A stretch of DNA of 64,000 nucleotides, filler included, from an uncultured bacterium (GTDB lineage Bacteria > Auribacterota > CAZIXI01): the NCBI GenBank assembly GCA_964543115.1. It is 5 parts of 5 records of this genome, joined end to end, with 100 filler letters (N's around TTAATTAATTAA, not from the genome) between each part and the next. Parts side by side here need not be neighbours in the genome. Positions count along the whole stretch, not along the records: positions 13,822 to 27,419 come from CAZIXI010000070.1; positions 27,520 to 40,804 come from CAZIXI010000071.1; 3 more parts are not named here. One strand, given 5' to 3'. A program made the translations under genes and the position numbers. Shown piece by piece: positions 19,101 to 34,221 of this stretch. The notes under the pieces are model-generated. The model worked only from the letters and a program-made list of their open reading frames with translations, searched no databases and was not told the DNA's origin. Within the stretch, counting starts at the first letter, position 1, and every line of letters begins with the position of its first letter.

Positions 19101-22100
19101 GGGCCAGCCACTTTGGCCCAGGAAACAAACAGGCTATTTCACTTCTTTCTCGCCTTATTTACTTGGCGGGAAAACAACCAATTGCTGCCGGTTTTTGATT
19201 TTATTATAGGCGATAAAAATTGTTTGGACGTCTCCTACTACACCCATTTACTCAAAACAGAACTAGCCAGGAAAAAACGTGATTGGAAAATTGTAATTTC
19301 AGTATTTATGTTTCAAATGCTGCTGCGTGAGCCAAATCTTTATCGCTTGGCAGAGCTGGAAAAGAGCATCCAACTGCTGGTCGCGGCCGGCATACCCGAT
19401 AGCTACCTGGGCGTATTATTTAATTTGTTAAATCAAAATGCCTTCTCCACAGTATTCATCTGGGCAAAAAATACTTTAGCGCAGCTTGATGATAGTTACC
19501 CGCAGACAAAAGAATTACTAGAAATAATCTTAACTGACCGTTCTTCATTAGCAACTAGGCTTTACCTCCCTAGTCTAGCCTTATATTACTTCCGCAAAAA
19601 TCAGCTCGTAGAGGCCTTGAATACCAGCCGGGAAATAATTGCCGCGATTAATCCCCCAACGGAGAAAACTGAACCAATATCTGTGACCGCCCCCCTGCAA
19701 TTGGATTGCGATAAAGAGCATTTCCCCTTGGGAAATCTGCAGGAAGAACTAACCCAGATAGAAGGTGTGCGCGCACTGATCGCCCAGCACGCGCGCGCAG
19801 CTGCGCAAGAATGGGATGGACAAGCAGAAACACTAGCCGCGCTAAATTTTCAGCAGCTCTCTGAACTAGTAGATTTTACCCCTGACAAAGAAATGCCGGC
19901 AGCAAGAAGAGAAGCACTGTTAAGATACTTAGTAGAAACGGATTTTGCTCAGCTTGTCTTTATGGAAGAGCTAATTCAACAGCGGCAGGAAAAACTAACG
20001 GAACTCTACAAAATAGATAAACCTGCTAAACAAAAAGGATCAAATCATTTCTCTTATTATTACCAGCAGTTAGCGGCAATGAAAGAGCAGCTAAATCAAT
20101 CTAAAAACGAATTAACATCTGCCTTTGATAATCTGCCTTGGCGAACCGTTCCCGAGACAGCCAAACAGAAAGCTGATCCAACTAAACCCCATGATCTAGT
20201 TGTTCTGCTCTACCAAAAGTTTCAACAAGAAAAAGATCAGCTAGATTATTTACTGAAGGCTCACGAGGCAGTAAATGACCAGGACTACCTGACCGCCAAA
20301 CACAATATGGAAAAAGTAACTGCCCTGCCAGAAGAGGCACCCGTACACCTCCAAAAGCAATTGGCATACTTAAAACAGCTAATTACAAGCAGATGTACCA
20401 GATTTGAAAAAGCCAGAAAGAGAATAGAAGAGATAATTGTCCGTCTGGAAAAGCAGCAGCCTTTTGAGAATATCGCTCAGGATATACAGTTTATCAACAA
20501 AAGCTCTAAAATTTACCGTTACCTGTTTCGTCAACTCGGATCATGGACTAAAGAAGAACTCGTTACCCGGCTGCAGGAATTAGATGCCCGACTGGATGAA
20601 ATCTGTAACCAGGCAACGGCAGAGATGGAAGAAATCCTTAACGCCAAGATACCCCAATTAAAGGACTGGTTTACCCTGAGAGAAGAGATTGAAGCGCTGC
20701 ACCGGCAAGAGAAAAAACATTTCAATGATTTTATCACTAAGGCAATCACCCTCTGTTTTAACTGTTATGAAAATCTTTATCCACAAATCAGCAAGGGGCT
20801 TTTTAGCGGCAACCATTCTATTATTGAGGAAGCAGCCTTTACCGCCCTTAACCAGCTGGCCTTTGTCGGCGGGGAACTGCTGGGATACTGCGCCCAAACA
20901 GGCACAATAAACAACAGGCACAAGCGCCTGATTCACGCGCAAACAATAAGCCAGGCCGCTGTGGTCATGCAGAAAATAAAGGTGCAGCGGCTTGTGCTCA
21001 CTCTCTTAACAGAAGCTGAAGACAGGCAAAATGAGGCGCTGAAAGGCGGGCACCGCTATTGCCTCTACAAAGAGCAGCCCCAGTCTATTTCCAGGACCCG
21101 GGCCCTTCTCTCCCTAGAGGCAGTCACCACACTTAAAGACATTAGGAACCCCGCTGACCGACTGGCAGAGGCCCAGCGTCTTTTTTATCCGGGTAAAAAC
21201 ATAATCTTTGCCAGAGATGATAAACTCTTTGATGATCCAGAGGCTATCCTGCCCACTTTTGAAATAGCACAAGTAACCGCTGAGGGCATTGAATTAGAAT
21301 GTGTTAATATCAATCTCTTCCCGCAAGCGGATGTGGATGATATCATTAAGCAAGAAATCCAGCAACAGGGGCTGCTCTGCCTGCAACAGGCAACCGCGCT
21401 TAAGGCCCAACTAAAACTTTTTGAATCTATCTGGCATGACCTGAGCAACCAGGAAGACCGGTTGGCGCCGCAAAAGAAAAAAATAACAATAAAACCAATT
21501 CAGGTTGCCGGGCCGCAATTTAATAACGATCCCAACAACCTGGTTAACGCCCTTCTGGGCCTGCCCACAGTCAATGATCCCCGGGATCTGGCGGAACTGA
21601 TAATTTCCCTCAGCCGCTACCAGTCCCCAAATCCGCTGCCGGAAAATCTTAGCACAGCACAAGCGGCATTTATCTCTCATATCTGCGGCGCGCTAACCGC
21701 GCCGAATGCCGTAGACCGGATTGTTTTTCTGCAGGGACCTGGAGGAACGGGAAAAACCTATACAATAAGTAATCTTCTCCCCCTGTTAGTAAAGAAAAAC
21801 TTGGCTGTGTCACTTACCGCACCAACACATGTAGCTATTGATACACTGCTGAAAGCCGCACTGGAAAAACTATCAACAGAGTTGCCGACAACAGGCCAAG
21901 AGGTAACTGCCCGTTTCGGCAGCGTAGAAGATAAAATTGACCCACAAATAAAAGAAGGCCCGTACCGGAACCGTGAACCGCTGCTCAAAAGATTACTGCC
22001 TGATCAATCAACGACGGAAAGTGCCGGCAATATCAACGACAGTGACTCCTTCCCCGCAGTCGGTACACAAGGTAACGTATTCGCCCACACCACCAGCGGA

Positions 22101-23486
22101 TTGGGCGGTGATAATGTGATCCGGCAGCTGCGGCTTCAACTAGAAGATCCGAATAAACTGGATAAGGCCATCTATCGTGATGTAGTTATTTGTGATGAAG
22201 CCGGTATGTGCGGCCTGGGAGAAATACTTCTTCTGGCCGCCCGTTTAGCTAAACAGAATGGTATTCTCATCCTCGCCGGTGATCAGAAACAGCTGCCGCC
22301 CTATGGCATCGGCCATACTGGCCTAAAGCTGCTGCGGGATTATTTCCCAGCGGATTCCTACCAGGATATTGATTTTGACAAAACCATCTACCGGCAGTAT
22401 GTTCAGGATATTTTTGCCTCTTCCCTGCTAGAGGACCGTCACGGCCGTTACGGCGCCCATAGTCCGTTTTTAGATGAAAACCGCCGCTCAACACCCTTAA
22501 TTGTAAATGAAATTAATCCAATTTATAAAGAAGACGGGCAACAAATGAAAGCTATTCGCTCCCCGTTGCCGGTTGAGCCAAAAGAGCAGATTATCCTGGA
22601 AAGAACCCCTGACAGTGAAAAAGAACAACTGCTTGACAACCAGAAGGGACAATACTTTAATCCTTATGAGGCCGGTAAAATACTCGGTCAAGTGGGGATT
22701 GATTTTGACGAAATCTCTGATCTTACCGGAGAAGATATTGTCTTTATCTCTCCTTATAAGGCCCAGATCGAGTTTTTCCAGCGCCTGCTGACCCTACACT
22801 GCCTGATGAACGAACTCAGCAACGTAACTGACGGAGGAGATTTCAGCTTATTCTTTCAGGGCAGTGCCGCTCAACAGCAGGAGGCCATTAACCAGATTGC
22901 TAAAAAGATCAACCTGCTGGCACCGCATTTCGATGATAACCCGCAGGAGCTCTTAAAAGATATCTTGGCCCAGCAAGACGCAGATATCCGGGCCGACCTG
23001 GCCGCCCAGCTAGCCGCTCAGCTGGAGAAAAAATACCCACAGTTTCTCCACGACCACTGGCCAACAGCTAAACTAACCTTTGCCCAAACTGCTCACCTGG
23101 AATGCCAGAATATTAGTGAAGGTTACACCCTAGGTGCGGATAATAGCGGCATCCATTCTTCTACCGTACACAAAATCCAGGGACAAGAAAGAAGGATTGT
23201 CTATATCAGCCTGGTGCGCAATAATGACCATGGCAATCTTGGCTTCATTTACTCCAAACTTGGCCAGCACATGTTCACTACCGCCATCGGACGGGCCAAG
23301 GATTATCTGCGTTTATGGATCAACGAAAAAACCTGGCAGGCAGCCTTGAAGAAAAAACCCCGCCGGCAAAGCGATTATTACGGCCAGGAATGTGCCCGGT
23401 TGGTTTTACGGATTGCTAAATCCATGGAAAATCCGCAGCCGCGGGAAATCCCGGCAGCGGAAGAAGTGGTGGGAGAAAGTGTTTAA
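16125..23486 (+). CDS. Giant (about 2453 aa) signal-peptide protein with long helical body and C-terminal Upf1/DNA2-like superfamily 1 helicase
   Basis: Likely start is ATG 16125 (MKKTTCICLIIILLSSSFEAPA...LAPAS). Helicase motifs: I QGPGGTGKT, Ia TAPTHVAID, II ICDEAG, III AGDQKQLPP, IV LDENRRS, ISPYKAQ, V TVHKIQGQE, VI TAIGRAK. Confidence 0.88.
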   Translation: MKKTTCICLIIILLSSSFEAPAEPSSHTLAPASQVFGLWLEQAFPPSQRQKFEQKVDRMLTIHAGDGWRQMKELNDNFPQLAATDLGDIKLQLNDNNGVAMVAAVVEFRKQGIENEQASGAALILADTPPFPKREHADYWNLWERSADLRKFERIKLARALQALDIEYETNTNGDIFYLSVDGLAKWNKLHKRLTNIYRQFTHQDPASSGLLDRITQLEKDDDSLTILAVLQDFYRQSLISDRIPLVAIKKGTIQEDGDLYQYSYIEENYATINMFFLQSCNKKERGNDIFTNFLKIPRPLLILQLTNLSDWRKSQSHTLSTESRRLLLRRPSTVTTYLLEHYLYQIIYNEQAPFDRPGRINFPAGFKNLITAMLRDELTTLAKATFDTKDDDTQLSNDPLPETFALLDAYCLQFAAYAIAAMNLAITKNVSQANEVALSLLKENEQLEILLNLINRELTSKNLQAEIKRTQKTLAAFTHEKNTYRKMSSLLQDLAERENPRLTITVEERQSLPLLTQLSKQISIIYQRGMDDLFTDLSAIQDRASNDKQREQCQQFITLAKKLRSRISADYLAGAQNLLVSLKNQPVVLDDFTDTGCLFLAGIAKFIAQHLSPAEQQTMDELLQEVQKLAKTDSEKKTIITLGELFKLDAEELQTAAKSLQAISKRSREKTSLISLQRMLLKHFAGLFRLVGEREHPSIRQGLETLDSYEQEGHMEMLTSTYIISILEEITRLLRKHSPVNQAASDTALNDFTTNLTSLLNKLIKRTDLKQQFDKLEAEVWSLKTVLTTYYTSLIKNSNEILNLLVKKIDGYPYLPPANCLTMLKTGKALSTTNLNQQEVDAFISGYQKQLRRAFTILREGREEHDIPPFGLVFNGDPFILQAFLLFFDSIPPEEKISLLNYLLSLYNQQTNWSRLHKPYTALLISYYYMYKKHRGEETCPDLGSDPVREQDTEALAQTWLRRCFQSLPEAIDARSALAEKDGTIAGYLPSGPATLAQETNRLFHFFLALFTWRENNQLLPVFDFIIGDKNCLDVSYYTHLLKTELARKKRDWKIVISVFMFQMLLREPNLYRLAELEKSIQLLVAAGIPDSYLGVLFNLLNQNAFSTVFIWAKNTLAQLDDSYPQTKELLEIILTDRSSLATRLYLPSLALYYFRKNQLVEALNTSREIIAAINPPTEKTEPISVTAPLQLDCDKEHFPLGNLQEELTQIEGVRALIAQHARAAAQEWDGQAETLAALNFQQLSELVDFTPDKEMPAARREALLRYLVETDFAQLVFMEELIQQRQEKLTELYKIDKPAKQKGSNHFSYYYQQLAAMKEQLNQSKNELTSAFDNLPWRTVPETAKQKADPTKPHDLVVLLYQKFQQEKDQLDYLLKAHEAVNDQDYLTAKHNMEKVTALPEEAPVHLQKQLAYLKQLITSRCTRFEKARKRIEEIIVRLEKQQPFENIAQDIQFINKSSKIYRYLFRQLGSWTKEELVTRLQELDARLDEICNQATAEMEEILNAKIPQLKDWFTLREEIEALHRQEKKHFNDFITKAITLCFNCYENLYPQISKGLFSGNHSIIEEAAFTALNQLAFVGGELLGYCAQTGTINNRHKRLIHAQTISQAAVVMQKIKVQRLVLTLLTEAEDRQNEALKGGHRYCLYKEQPQSISRTRALLSLEAVTTLKDIRNPADRLAEAQRLFYPGKNIIFARDDKLFDDPEAILPTFEIAQVTAEGIELECVNINLFPQADVDDIIKQEIQQQGLLCLQQATALKAQLKLFESIWHDLSNQEDRLAPQKKKITIKPIQVAGPQFNNDPNNLVNALLGLPTVNDPRDLAELIISLSRYQSPNPLPENLSTAQAAFISHICGALTAPNAVDRIVFLQGPGGTGKTYTISNLLPLLVKKNLAVSLTAPTHVAIDTLLKAALEKLSTELPTTGQEVTARFGSVEDKIDPQIKEGPYRNREPLLKRLLPDQSTTESAGNINDSDSFPAVGTQGNVFAHTTSGLGGDNVIRQLRLQLEDPNKLDKAIYRDVVICDEAGMCGLGEILLLAARLAKQNGILILAGDQKQLPPYGIGHTGLKLLRDYFPADSYQDIDFDKTIYRQYVQDIFASSLLEDRHGRYGAHSPFLDENRRSTPLIVNEINPIYKEDGQQMKAIRSPLPVEPKEQIILERTPDSEKEQLLDNQKGQYFNPYEAGKILGQVGIDFDEISDLTGEDIVFISPYKAQIEFFQRLLTLHCLMNELSNVTDGGDFSLFFQGSAAQQQEAINQIAKKINLLAPHFDDNPQELLKDILAQQDADIRADLAAQLAAQLEKKYPQFLHDHWPTAKLTFAQTAHLECQNISEGYTLGADNSGIHSSTVHKIQGQERRIVYISLVRNNDHGNLGFIYSKLGQHMFTTAIGRAKDYLRLWINEKTWQAALKKKPRRQSDYYGQECARLVLRIAKSMENPQPREIPAAEEVVGESV

Positions 23487-23490
23487 TTCC

Positions 23491-24135
23491 CTATGGTGTT
23501 TCTACAAGCGTTTTTTCGGCAGGTTTTTCAACAGGTTTTTCTTCCAGCGGCAAATCCTGCTCATCTATTTTCTTGCCCATACGGTCGTAGGTAATCTGCT
23601 TGTGCCCGACTAGTTTGCCCTCTTTATCATAAACCAGGGCATCTTCAATCTTGTTACCCTTGGCATCATAGGTAAATTTACTCTTGGTTGTTGTAGAAGG
23701 CTGCATTTCACCGGCCGGCTGTTCCGGCGCAGCCACCTCTGCACCCTCTTCGCCTTTGACCAGTTTGGGTATTTTTTTGGCAATCTTATCTTTAAGATTA
23801 TCCAATACCCCGGCACCTTTCTGCACCAGCGGGCTTTCTCCGGCCGGCTGCTCACCTACTTCTCCGGTAACAGCGCGCCGGCCAATACCTTTCATGATGG
23901 TCGTCCCCTTCTTAACCGACAAATAGGCTAGGGAAAGCGAGGTAACCATAAACAGAATGGCCACCGCCGTTGTTCCTTTGGTTAAAACATCCCCCGCCCG
24001 GCTGCCAAACAGCGATTCCGCCGCCCCGCCGCCGAGAAAACCCAGCATTCCCCGGCCGCGGCCAACCTGTAACAAGACAATTGCCACTAAAAGAATACAA
24101 ACAATAACATGCAAAATAATAAGCATTGTGTACAT
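23491..24135 (-). CDS. secG: Preprotein translocase subunit SecG with long C-terminal extension
   Basis: LLVAIVLLQVGRGRGM..GGG..SLFGS...LTKGT plus a second TM helix; located downstream of tpiA as is typical. Confidence 0.9.
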   Translation of the reverse strand: MYTMLIILHVIVCILLVAIVLLQVGRGRGMLGFLGGGAAESLFGSRAGDVLTKGTTAVAILFMVTSLSLAYLSVKKGTTIMKGIGRRAVTGEVGEQPAGESPLVQKGAGVLDNLKDKIAKKIPKLVKGEEGAEVAAPEQPAGEMQPSTTTKSKFTYDAKGNKIEDALVYDKEGKLVGHKQITYDRMGKKIDEQDLPLEEKPVEKPAEKTLVETP

Positions 24136-24159
24136 TGGACCTCCAAATATTATGATTGT

Positions 24160-24921
24160 TTAAATATAATATTTCACCAACTTAGAGAAACTATCAGCCT
24201 TTAGGCTGGCACCGCCAACCAGGGCACCGTCAATATCAGGCTTCGCCATAAGAGACTTTACATTATCCGGTTTAACGCTGCCGCCATACTGGATTCTTAT
24301 TTTCGCGGCGGTACCGCTGCCGTATTTATCTTTCAGCAAAGTATTACGAATATAATCATGCACCTCTTCTGCCTGCTCCGGTGTGGCATTAATTCCGGTA
24401 CCAATCGCCCAAACCGGTTCATAGGCAATAATACATTCCAGGAGCCGCTCGGCACTGATATCAACCAGCGCACCCTGCACATGATCTTTAATAACATTTT
24501 TGGTCTGGCCCTGTTCCCGTTGTTCTTTTGTCTCACCAACGCAGATAATCGGTTTAAGTCCGATAGCCAGGGCCGCTTTAATCCTTTTATTTACCGTTTC
24601 ATTAGTCTCGCCAAAATATTTTCTTCTCTCAGAATGCCCGATAATCACATATTTACAACCCGCTTCTTTGATCATTGCCGGGGACAGCTCTCCCGTATAG
24701 GCACCTTTTTCTTCCCAAAAAAGGTTTTGCGCCCCTAAACCAATCTGACTGCCTTCCAGCAGCTCGGCAACAGTACTCAGCGCCGTAGCCGGAGGACAAA
24801 CAACTACCTCTACTTTCTCTTCTTCAAAAAGCTCCCGTTTGAGAGCCGTTACTAATTGAATAGCCTCGGCAATCGTATTATTCATCTTCCAGTTTCCGGC
24901 AATAATCGGTTGTCTTTGCAT
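24160..24921 (-). CDS. tpiA: Triosephosphate isomerase
   Basis: IAGNWKMN, IGHSERR, AYEPVWAIGTG, YGGSVK, LVGGASL. Confidence 0.99.
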   Translation of the reverse strand: MQRQPIIAGNWKMNNTIAEAIQLVTALKRELFEEEKVEVVVCPPATALSTVAELLEGSQIGLGAQNLFWEEKGAYTGELSPAMIKEAGCKYVIIGHSERRKYFGETNETVNKRIKAALAIGLKPIICVGETKEQREQGQTKNVIKDHVQGALVDISAERLLECIIAYEPVWAIGTGINATPEQAEEVHDYIRNTLLKDKYGSGTAAKIRIQYGGSVKPDNVKSLMAKPDIDGALVGGASLKADSFSKLVKYYI

Positions 24922-24976
24922 AAATTTAATTCTCCATTTTATTGATTACTATTGGTTACTAATAATTACCTTATCT

Positions 24977-26206
24977 TCATACCGAAACCTTATCTTTTAG
25001 CGCCGCGATGCCTGGAAGCACTTTCCCTTCTAAAAACTCTAACGAAGCGCCGCCGCCAGTAGAAATATGGCTCATTTTATCGGCCAATCCTAACTCCTGG
25101 ATCGCCGCCGCCGTATCACCGCCGCCGATTACCGTCACCGCATCAAGATCTGCCAGGAACTGAGCAATCTCTTTTGTCCCCCGCATAAACGGCGCAAGTT
25201 CAAAATATCCCAAAGGACCGTTCCAAACGACAGTTTTGGCTCCGGTCAGCTCTTTTTTAAATAACTCAATACTCTGGGGCCCAATATCCAAGCCAATCCA
25301 GCCATCAGGAATATCACCTTCCACAACCTTGGTCTCGGCGGAGGCATCCAGTTTATCGGCAATGACATGATCCGTTGGTAAAACTATCTGAACACGCTTA
25401 TCCGCCAAAATCGCCTTAGCGGTCTCAATCCGGTCTGCTTCCAGCTTGGAATTGCCGATCTGTCCACCCTGGGCCTTAATAAAGGTATAGGCCATTCCGC
25501 CGCCAACCAGTACCTTGGCCACTTTGCCCACCAAATTTTCTAATACGCCAACCTTATCCGAAACCTTAGCCCCGCCCATAATAGCCACAAACGGCTTTTC
25601 CGGAGACTTAAGAACTTTACCCAAATATTCAATCTCTTTCTGCAGCAGAAATCCGGCGGCAGCCGGCAGATATTTGGTTACTCCTTCAGTAGAGGCATGC
25701 GCCCGGTGAGCAGTTCCAAAAGCATCGTTAACATACAATTCACCCAGCTTGGCCAGCTGTGCACTAAACTGCGGATCATTTTTCGTTTCTGCGTCATGGA
25801 AGCGAAGATTTTCCAGGAGAATAACTCTCTCTGAGGCGTTATTTACTTCCTTTTCTATATCCGCACCCACACAATCATCAAGTTTTTTTACCGGTTCACC
25901 CAGCAAATCCTGCAAACGATTGGCTACCGGATCCATCCGTAAGCCGTCAACCACCTTACCTTTGGGCCGGCCGAGATGACTCATTAACACCAATCTGGCC
26001 GCACCGTGATCAAGGGCGTATTTAATCGTCGGCAAAGCTGCCTTAATCCGCATATCATCTGCTACGGTCTTCTCTGGCGTTAGAGGCAGTCCATTAACAT
26101 TCTTCTGCTGGCAGCCCCGAGCGTCAGCGAGGGGAACATTAAAATCCACCCGCATCAATACCCGTTTCCCCTTCAAGTCCAAATCCTTAATACTCAATTT
26201 ATCCAT
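24977..26206 (-). CDS. pgk: Phosphoglycerate kinase (canonical)
   Basis: [59 protein letters not shown]. Confidence 0.99.
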   Translation of the reverse strand: MDKLSIKDLDLKGKRVLMRVDFNVPLADARGCQQKNVNGLPLTPEKTVADDMRIKAALPTIKYALDHGAARLVLMSHLGRPKGKVVDGLRMDPVANRLQDLLGEPVKKLDDCVGADIEKEVNNASERVILLENLRFHDAETKNDPQFSAQLAKLGELYVNDAFGTAHRAHASTEGVTKYLPAAAGFLLQKEIEYLGKVLKSPEKPFVAIMGGAKVSDKVGVLENLVGKVAKVLVGGGMAYTFIKAQGGQIGNSKLEADRIETAKAILADKRVQIVLPTDHVIADKLDASAETKVVEGDIPDGWIGLDIGPQSIELFKKELTGAKTVVWNGPLGYFELAPFMRGTKEIAQFLADLDAVTVIGGGDTAAAIQELGLADKMSHISTGGGASLEFLEGKVLPGIAALKDKVSV

Positions 26207-26288
26207 ATATACACCTCTCTACATATGAGCAAGAAACTACCAATCACCTCTTACTCACAATCACTGTACACTGATAATTGATCACTGA

Positions 26289-27299
<1,011 letters not shown>

Positions 27300-27419
27300 T
27301 CAAAAGGTTTAGACACGATTTTACCTTATTATACTATATATAATAATTATATAATTATAAGGTGTTATATAATTTATAAGAAAAAAGTATATAAACCTGT
27401 AAAATACTACCATCTATAT

Positions 27420-27519
27420 NNNNNNNNNNNNNNNNNNNNNNNNNNNNNNNNNNNNNNNNNNNNTTAATTAATTAANNNNNNNNNNNNNNNNNNNNNNNNN
27501 NNNNNNNNNNNNNNNNNNN
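27420..27519. other. Artificial contig-joining linker
   Basis: N-run + TTAATTAATTAA + N-run. Confidence 0.97.
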
Positions 27520-27520
27520 A

Positions 27521-30913
<3,393 letters not shown>

Positions 30914-30914
30914 A

Positions 30915-31045
30915 AGCCAGAAATAAAGAAGCAAAGAAACAAAGAAGTAAAGAAATAAGGAAGCCATAATTATGGAGATAAGGTATAACGAGAGATAACT
31001 AAATCTTTACCTCTTTATTTCTTTACATCTTTTTTTCTTTAATTC
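30915..31045. repeat. Intergenic degenerate 8-mer tandem repeats with inverted counterpart
   Basis: AAAGAAGC-AAAGAAAC-AAAGAAGT-AAAGAAAT, followed by the complementary CTTTACCT-CTTTATTT-CTTTACAT. Confidence 0.7.
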
Positions 31046-31061
31046 CAACAAGGAGGAACAA

Positions 31062-34000
31062 TTGTATACAAAAGGTGAAAAAATAGTGCCGGTAGCTCTC
31101 GAAGATGAGATGCGGACCTCTTATATTGATTATTCAATGAGTGTTATTGTCGGCCGCGCCCTGCCGGACGCCCGGGACGGCCTTAAACCAGTACACCGGC
31201 GTATTCTTTTCGCGATGCAGGAGTTGAGCCTGGAACATAATAAGCCCTACAAGAAATGTGCCCGTATTGTTGGTGAAACGCTCGGGAAATTCCATCCGCA
31301 CGGTGATATGGCGGTCTACGATGCCCTGGTGCGGATGGTGCAGGATTTTTCACTGTGCTATCCATTAATTGACGGTCAAGGAAATTTCGGCTGTTTTACA
31401 AAGGAAACAAAGGTAAGACTTGCAGATGGAAGAAGCCTTAATTTCGGTGAATTGATAGCAGAAGATAAAAAAGGCAAGACTAACTACACCTTTTCTTATA
31501 ATCATGCTACACAAAAAGTTGAGATCGCAAAGATTAGGAAGCCTAGATTAACAAAAACAAGAGAGAAACTCGTTAAAATTCTTTTGGATAATAATAAAGC
31601 GATAAGGTGTACTTTAGATCATCCATTTATGTTAAGAAATGGGGCTTATAAGAAAGCTAAAGATTTACAATCAGGTGATTCTTTAATGCCTCTATATACG
31701 GAAATTTACGGCGGAGAGAATGATCGGAATCTAAAGGGATATGAGATTATTTTGCAGCCGATGAAAAATGAATGGGAATTTTCTCATCATTTGTCTGATG
31801 CCTGGAATATGAAAAATGCTATTTACAAGAGGAATGCGGGTAAGATTAGACACCATAGGGATTTTAATAAATTAAATAACAATCCTGAAAATATTCAAAG
31901 GATCCGTTGGCAAGATCAAAGGAATGATGGTGTGCCTAATATTCAGAAAGCACTGAGTTATTTTTCTGATTTTCAGGAGATGTTGAATGAAGCAGGGAAT
32001 AGAAAAAATCATAAGGTGAAGTCAGTTACCTTTCTTAAAGAAAGAGAAGATGTATATGACTTAACAGTAGATGGTACACATAATTTTGCTTTGGCCTGTG
32101 GTGTTTTTGTCCATAATTCCGTCGACGGTGATCCAGCAGCAGCTATGAGGTATACAGAAGCACGGATGGACCGGGTGGCCGAAGAGATCCTGGACGATAT
32201 CGATAAACAGACAGTGGATTTTCGGCCGAATTTTGATGAGTCACTGAAGGAACCGACGATCCTGCCGGGGAAGATGCCTAACCTGCTGATTAATGGTTCC
32301 AGCGGAATCGCGGTTGGCATGGCCACAAATATTCCGCCCCATAATCTGGGGGAAGTAGTGAATGCCACTAAGGCCCTGATCGATGATCCTCACCTGAAGT
32401 CGGATAAACTAATGAAATATGTAAAAGGGCCGGACTTTCCCACTGGCGGGGTTATTTATGGATTAGATGAGGTTAAATCGATGTATCTTACGGGTAAGGG
32501 CAGGATCAAGGTCCGGGCCCGGGCGGGGATTGAGCCGGGGCGCAGCGGTAAGGAATGTATAGTGATTACCGAGATTCCCTATATGGTCAATAAATCAAAT
32601 CTGATTACCAATATCGCTAAATTGGTACAGACGAAAAGGGTGGATGGGATTACGGATATCCGTGACGAGTCAGATAAGGAAGGATTACGGGTTATTGTCG
32701 AGCTGCGCCGGGGCGTTAATGCCAAGATTATTCTTAATAAATTATTTAAGCACACACAAATGGAAGATACCTTTGGTGCCATTATGCTGGCGCTGGATCA
32801 TGGCCGGCCGGTTGTAATGGACTTACGCTCCATGCTGCAGTGCTATATTGATCACCGCAAAGAGGTTGTTTACCGGCGGACAAAATATGAGTTAGAGAAG
32901 GCCGAGGCCCGGGCCCATATCCTGGAAGGATTCAAGATTGCCCTGGCTAACATAGATAAGATCGTTGCTATTATTAAGAAATCCAAGAGCCGGGAGGAAG
33001 CAAAATTAAAATTAATGTCTACTTTTAAGCTCTCCGAGATTCAGGCCAATGCTATTCTGGATATGCGCCTCTACCGCCTGACCGGTTTGGAACAGAATAA
33101 AATCAAACAGGAGTATTTGGAACTGATTAAGAAGATTGCCGCCTTAAAGGCGATCCTGGCCAGTGAACAGAAAATTCTCGGGATCATTAAAGATGAATTG
33201 ACCGAACTGGTAGAAAAATACGGCGATAACCGCCGCACGGAAATTGTCGCCCGGGCGGAAGATGTAACCGTAGAGGACCTGATTGCCAAGGAAGGGTGTT
33301 TGATTACCATCAGTCACCGGGGGTATATCAAACGGGTCCCGGTAACTACCTATAAACCGCAGCGAAGGGGAGGTAAGGGTGTTTCCGGGATGGAAGTTAA
33401 AGATGAAGATTATGTGGAACATCTGTTTACCGCCAGTACACATGATTATATTCTCTTTTTTACCGAACAGGGACAGGTTCATTGGCTCAAGGTTTATGAG
33501 ATTCCACAAGGCGGCCGGCTGGCTAAGGGCCGCCCGATTATTAATCTGCTTAATCTTGCCTCCGATGCCAAAATTGCCGCGATGGTTAGGGTAGAAGATT
33601 TTAATAAGAAACTTAATCTGCTGATGGCCTCGGCCCAGGGCTATGTTAAAAAAACTGAGCTGAAGGAATTCAGCAATCCCCGGAGCGGCGGAATTATCGG
33701 GATCAAGATAGAGAAAAGTGATCGCCTGATTGGTGTGGAGCTAACTTCCGGCACGGATGAGGTTATTTTATTCAGTAAAAACGGTAAATCCATCCGCTTT
33801 AAGGAAAGTGATTGCCGGCCGATGGGCAGGGCGACGCGCGGTGTACGGGGAATGAAACTGGGGGCCAAGGATGAAGTGGTTAGCCTGACTAGGATAGAGG
33901 ACCGGGCGACTTTATTAGTGGTTACCGAACAGGGTTATGGTAAACGCTCTAAATTTGATGATTATCGCCTGCAGAGCCGCGGGGGGAAGGGAATAATCGG

Positions 34001-34217
34001 GATTAAAGTGACCAATCGGAACGGGCCGGTTGTGGAAACATGTAAGATCCTGGAAGATGATGAGATTGTGCTTATTTCCAGTAATGGGAAAATGATTCGT
34101 TTGAGTGTAAACGGGATTTCCGTAATTGGCCGGGCCACCCAGGGAGTACGGGTAATTACCATGGCCAAAGATGAAAAACTTGAAGCGGTTACCGTGATCA
34201 TGCCGGAAGAAGAATAG
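31062..34217 (+). CDS. gyrA: DNA gyrase subunit A, intein-containing
   Basis: TTG start after [30 protein letters not shown], catalytic AAMRYTEAR, GyrA-box QRRGGKG and C-terminal pinwheel repeats. Confidence 0.98.
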   Translation: MYTKGEKIVPVALEDEMRTSYIDYSMSVIVGRALPDARDGLKPVHRRILFAMQELSLEHNKPYKKCARIVGETLGKFHPHGDMAVYDALVRMVQDFSLCYPLIDGQGNFGCFTKETKVRLADGRSLNFGELIAEDKKGKTNYTFSYNHATQKVEIAKIRKPRLTKTREKLVKILLDNNKAIRCTLDHPFMLRNGAYKKAKDLQSGDSLMPLYTEIYGGENDRNLKGYEIILQPMKNEWEFSHHLSDAWNMKNAIYKRNAGKIRHHRDFNKLNNNPENIQRIRWQDQRNDGVPNIQKALSYFSDFQEMLNEAGNRKNHKVKSVTFLKEREDVYDLTVDGTHNFALACGVFVHNSVDGDPAAAMRYTEARMDRVAEEILDDIDKQTVDFRPNFDESLKEPTILPGKMPNLLINGSSGIAVGMATNIPPHNLGEVVNATKALIDDPHLKSDKLMKYVKGPDFPTGGVIYGLDEVKSMYLTGKGRIKVRARAGIEPGRSGKECIVITEIPYMVNKSNLITNIAKLVQTKRVDGITDIRDESDKEGLRVIVELRRGVNAKIILNKLFKHTQMEDTFGAIMLALDHGRPVVMDLRSMLQCYIDHRKEVVYRRTKYELEKAEARAHILEGFKIALANIDKIVAIIKKSKSREEAKLKLMSTFKLSEIQANAILDMRLYRLTGLEQNKIKQEYLELIKKIAALKAILASEQKILGIIKDELTELVEKYGDNRRTEIVARAEDVTVEDLIAKEGCLITISHRGYIKRVPVTTYKPQRRGGKGVSGMEVKDEDYVEHLFTASTHDYILFFTEQGQVHWLKVYEIPQGGRLAKGRPIINLLNLASDAKIAAMVRVEDFNKKLNLLMASAQGYVKKTELKEFSNPRSGGIIGIKIEKSDRLIGVELTSGTDEVILFSKNGKSIRFKESDCRPMGRATRGVRGMKLGAKDEVVSLTRIEDRATLLVVTEQGYGKRSKFDDYRLQSRGGKGIIGIKVTNRNGPVVETCKILEDDEIVLISSNGKMIRLSVNGISVIGRATQGVRVITMAKDEKLEAVTVIMPEEE
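31392..32117 (+). mobile_element. Intein (242 aa) in GyrA at the GQGNFG|S site, with HNH core
   Basis: Starts [34 protein letters not shown]; ends [20 protein letters not shown]; +1 residue Ser. Confidence 0.95.
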
Positions 34218-34221
34218 CGGA

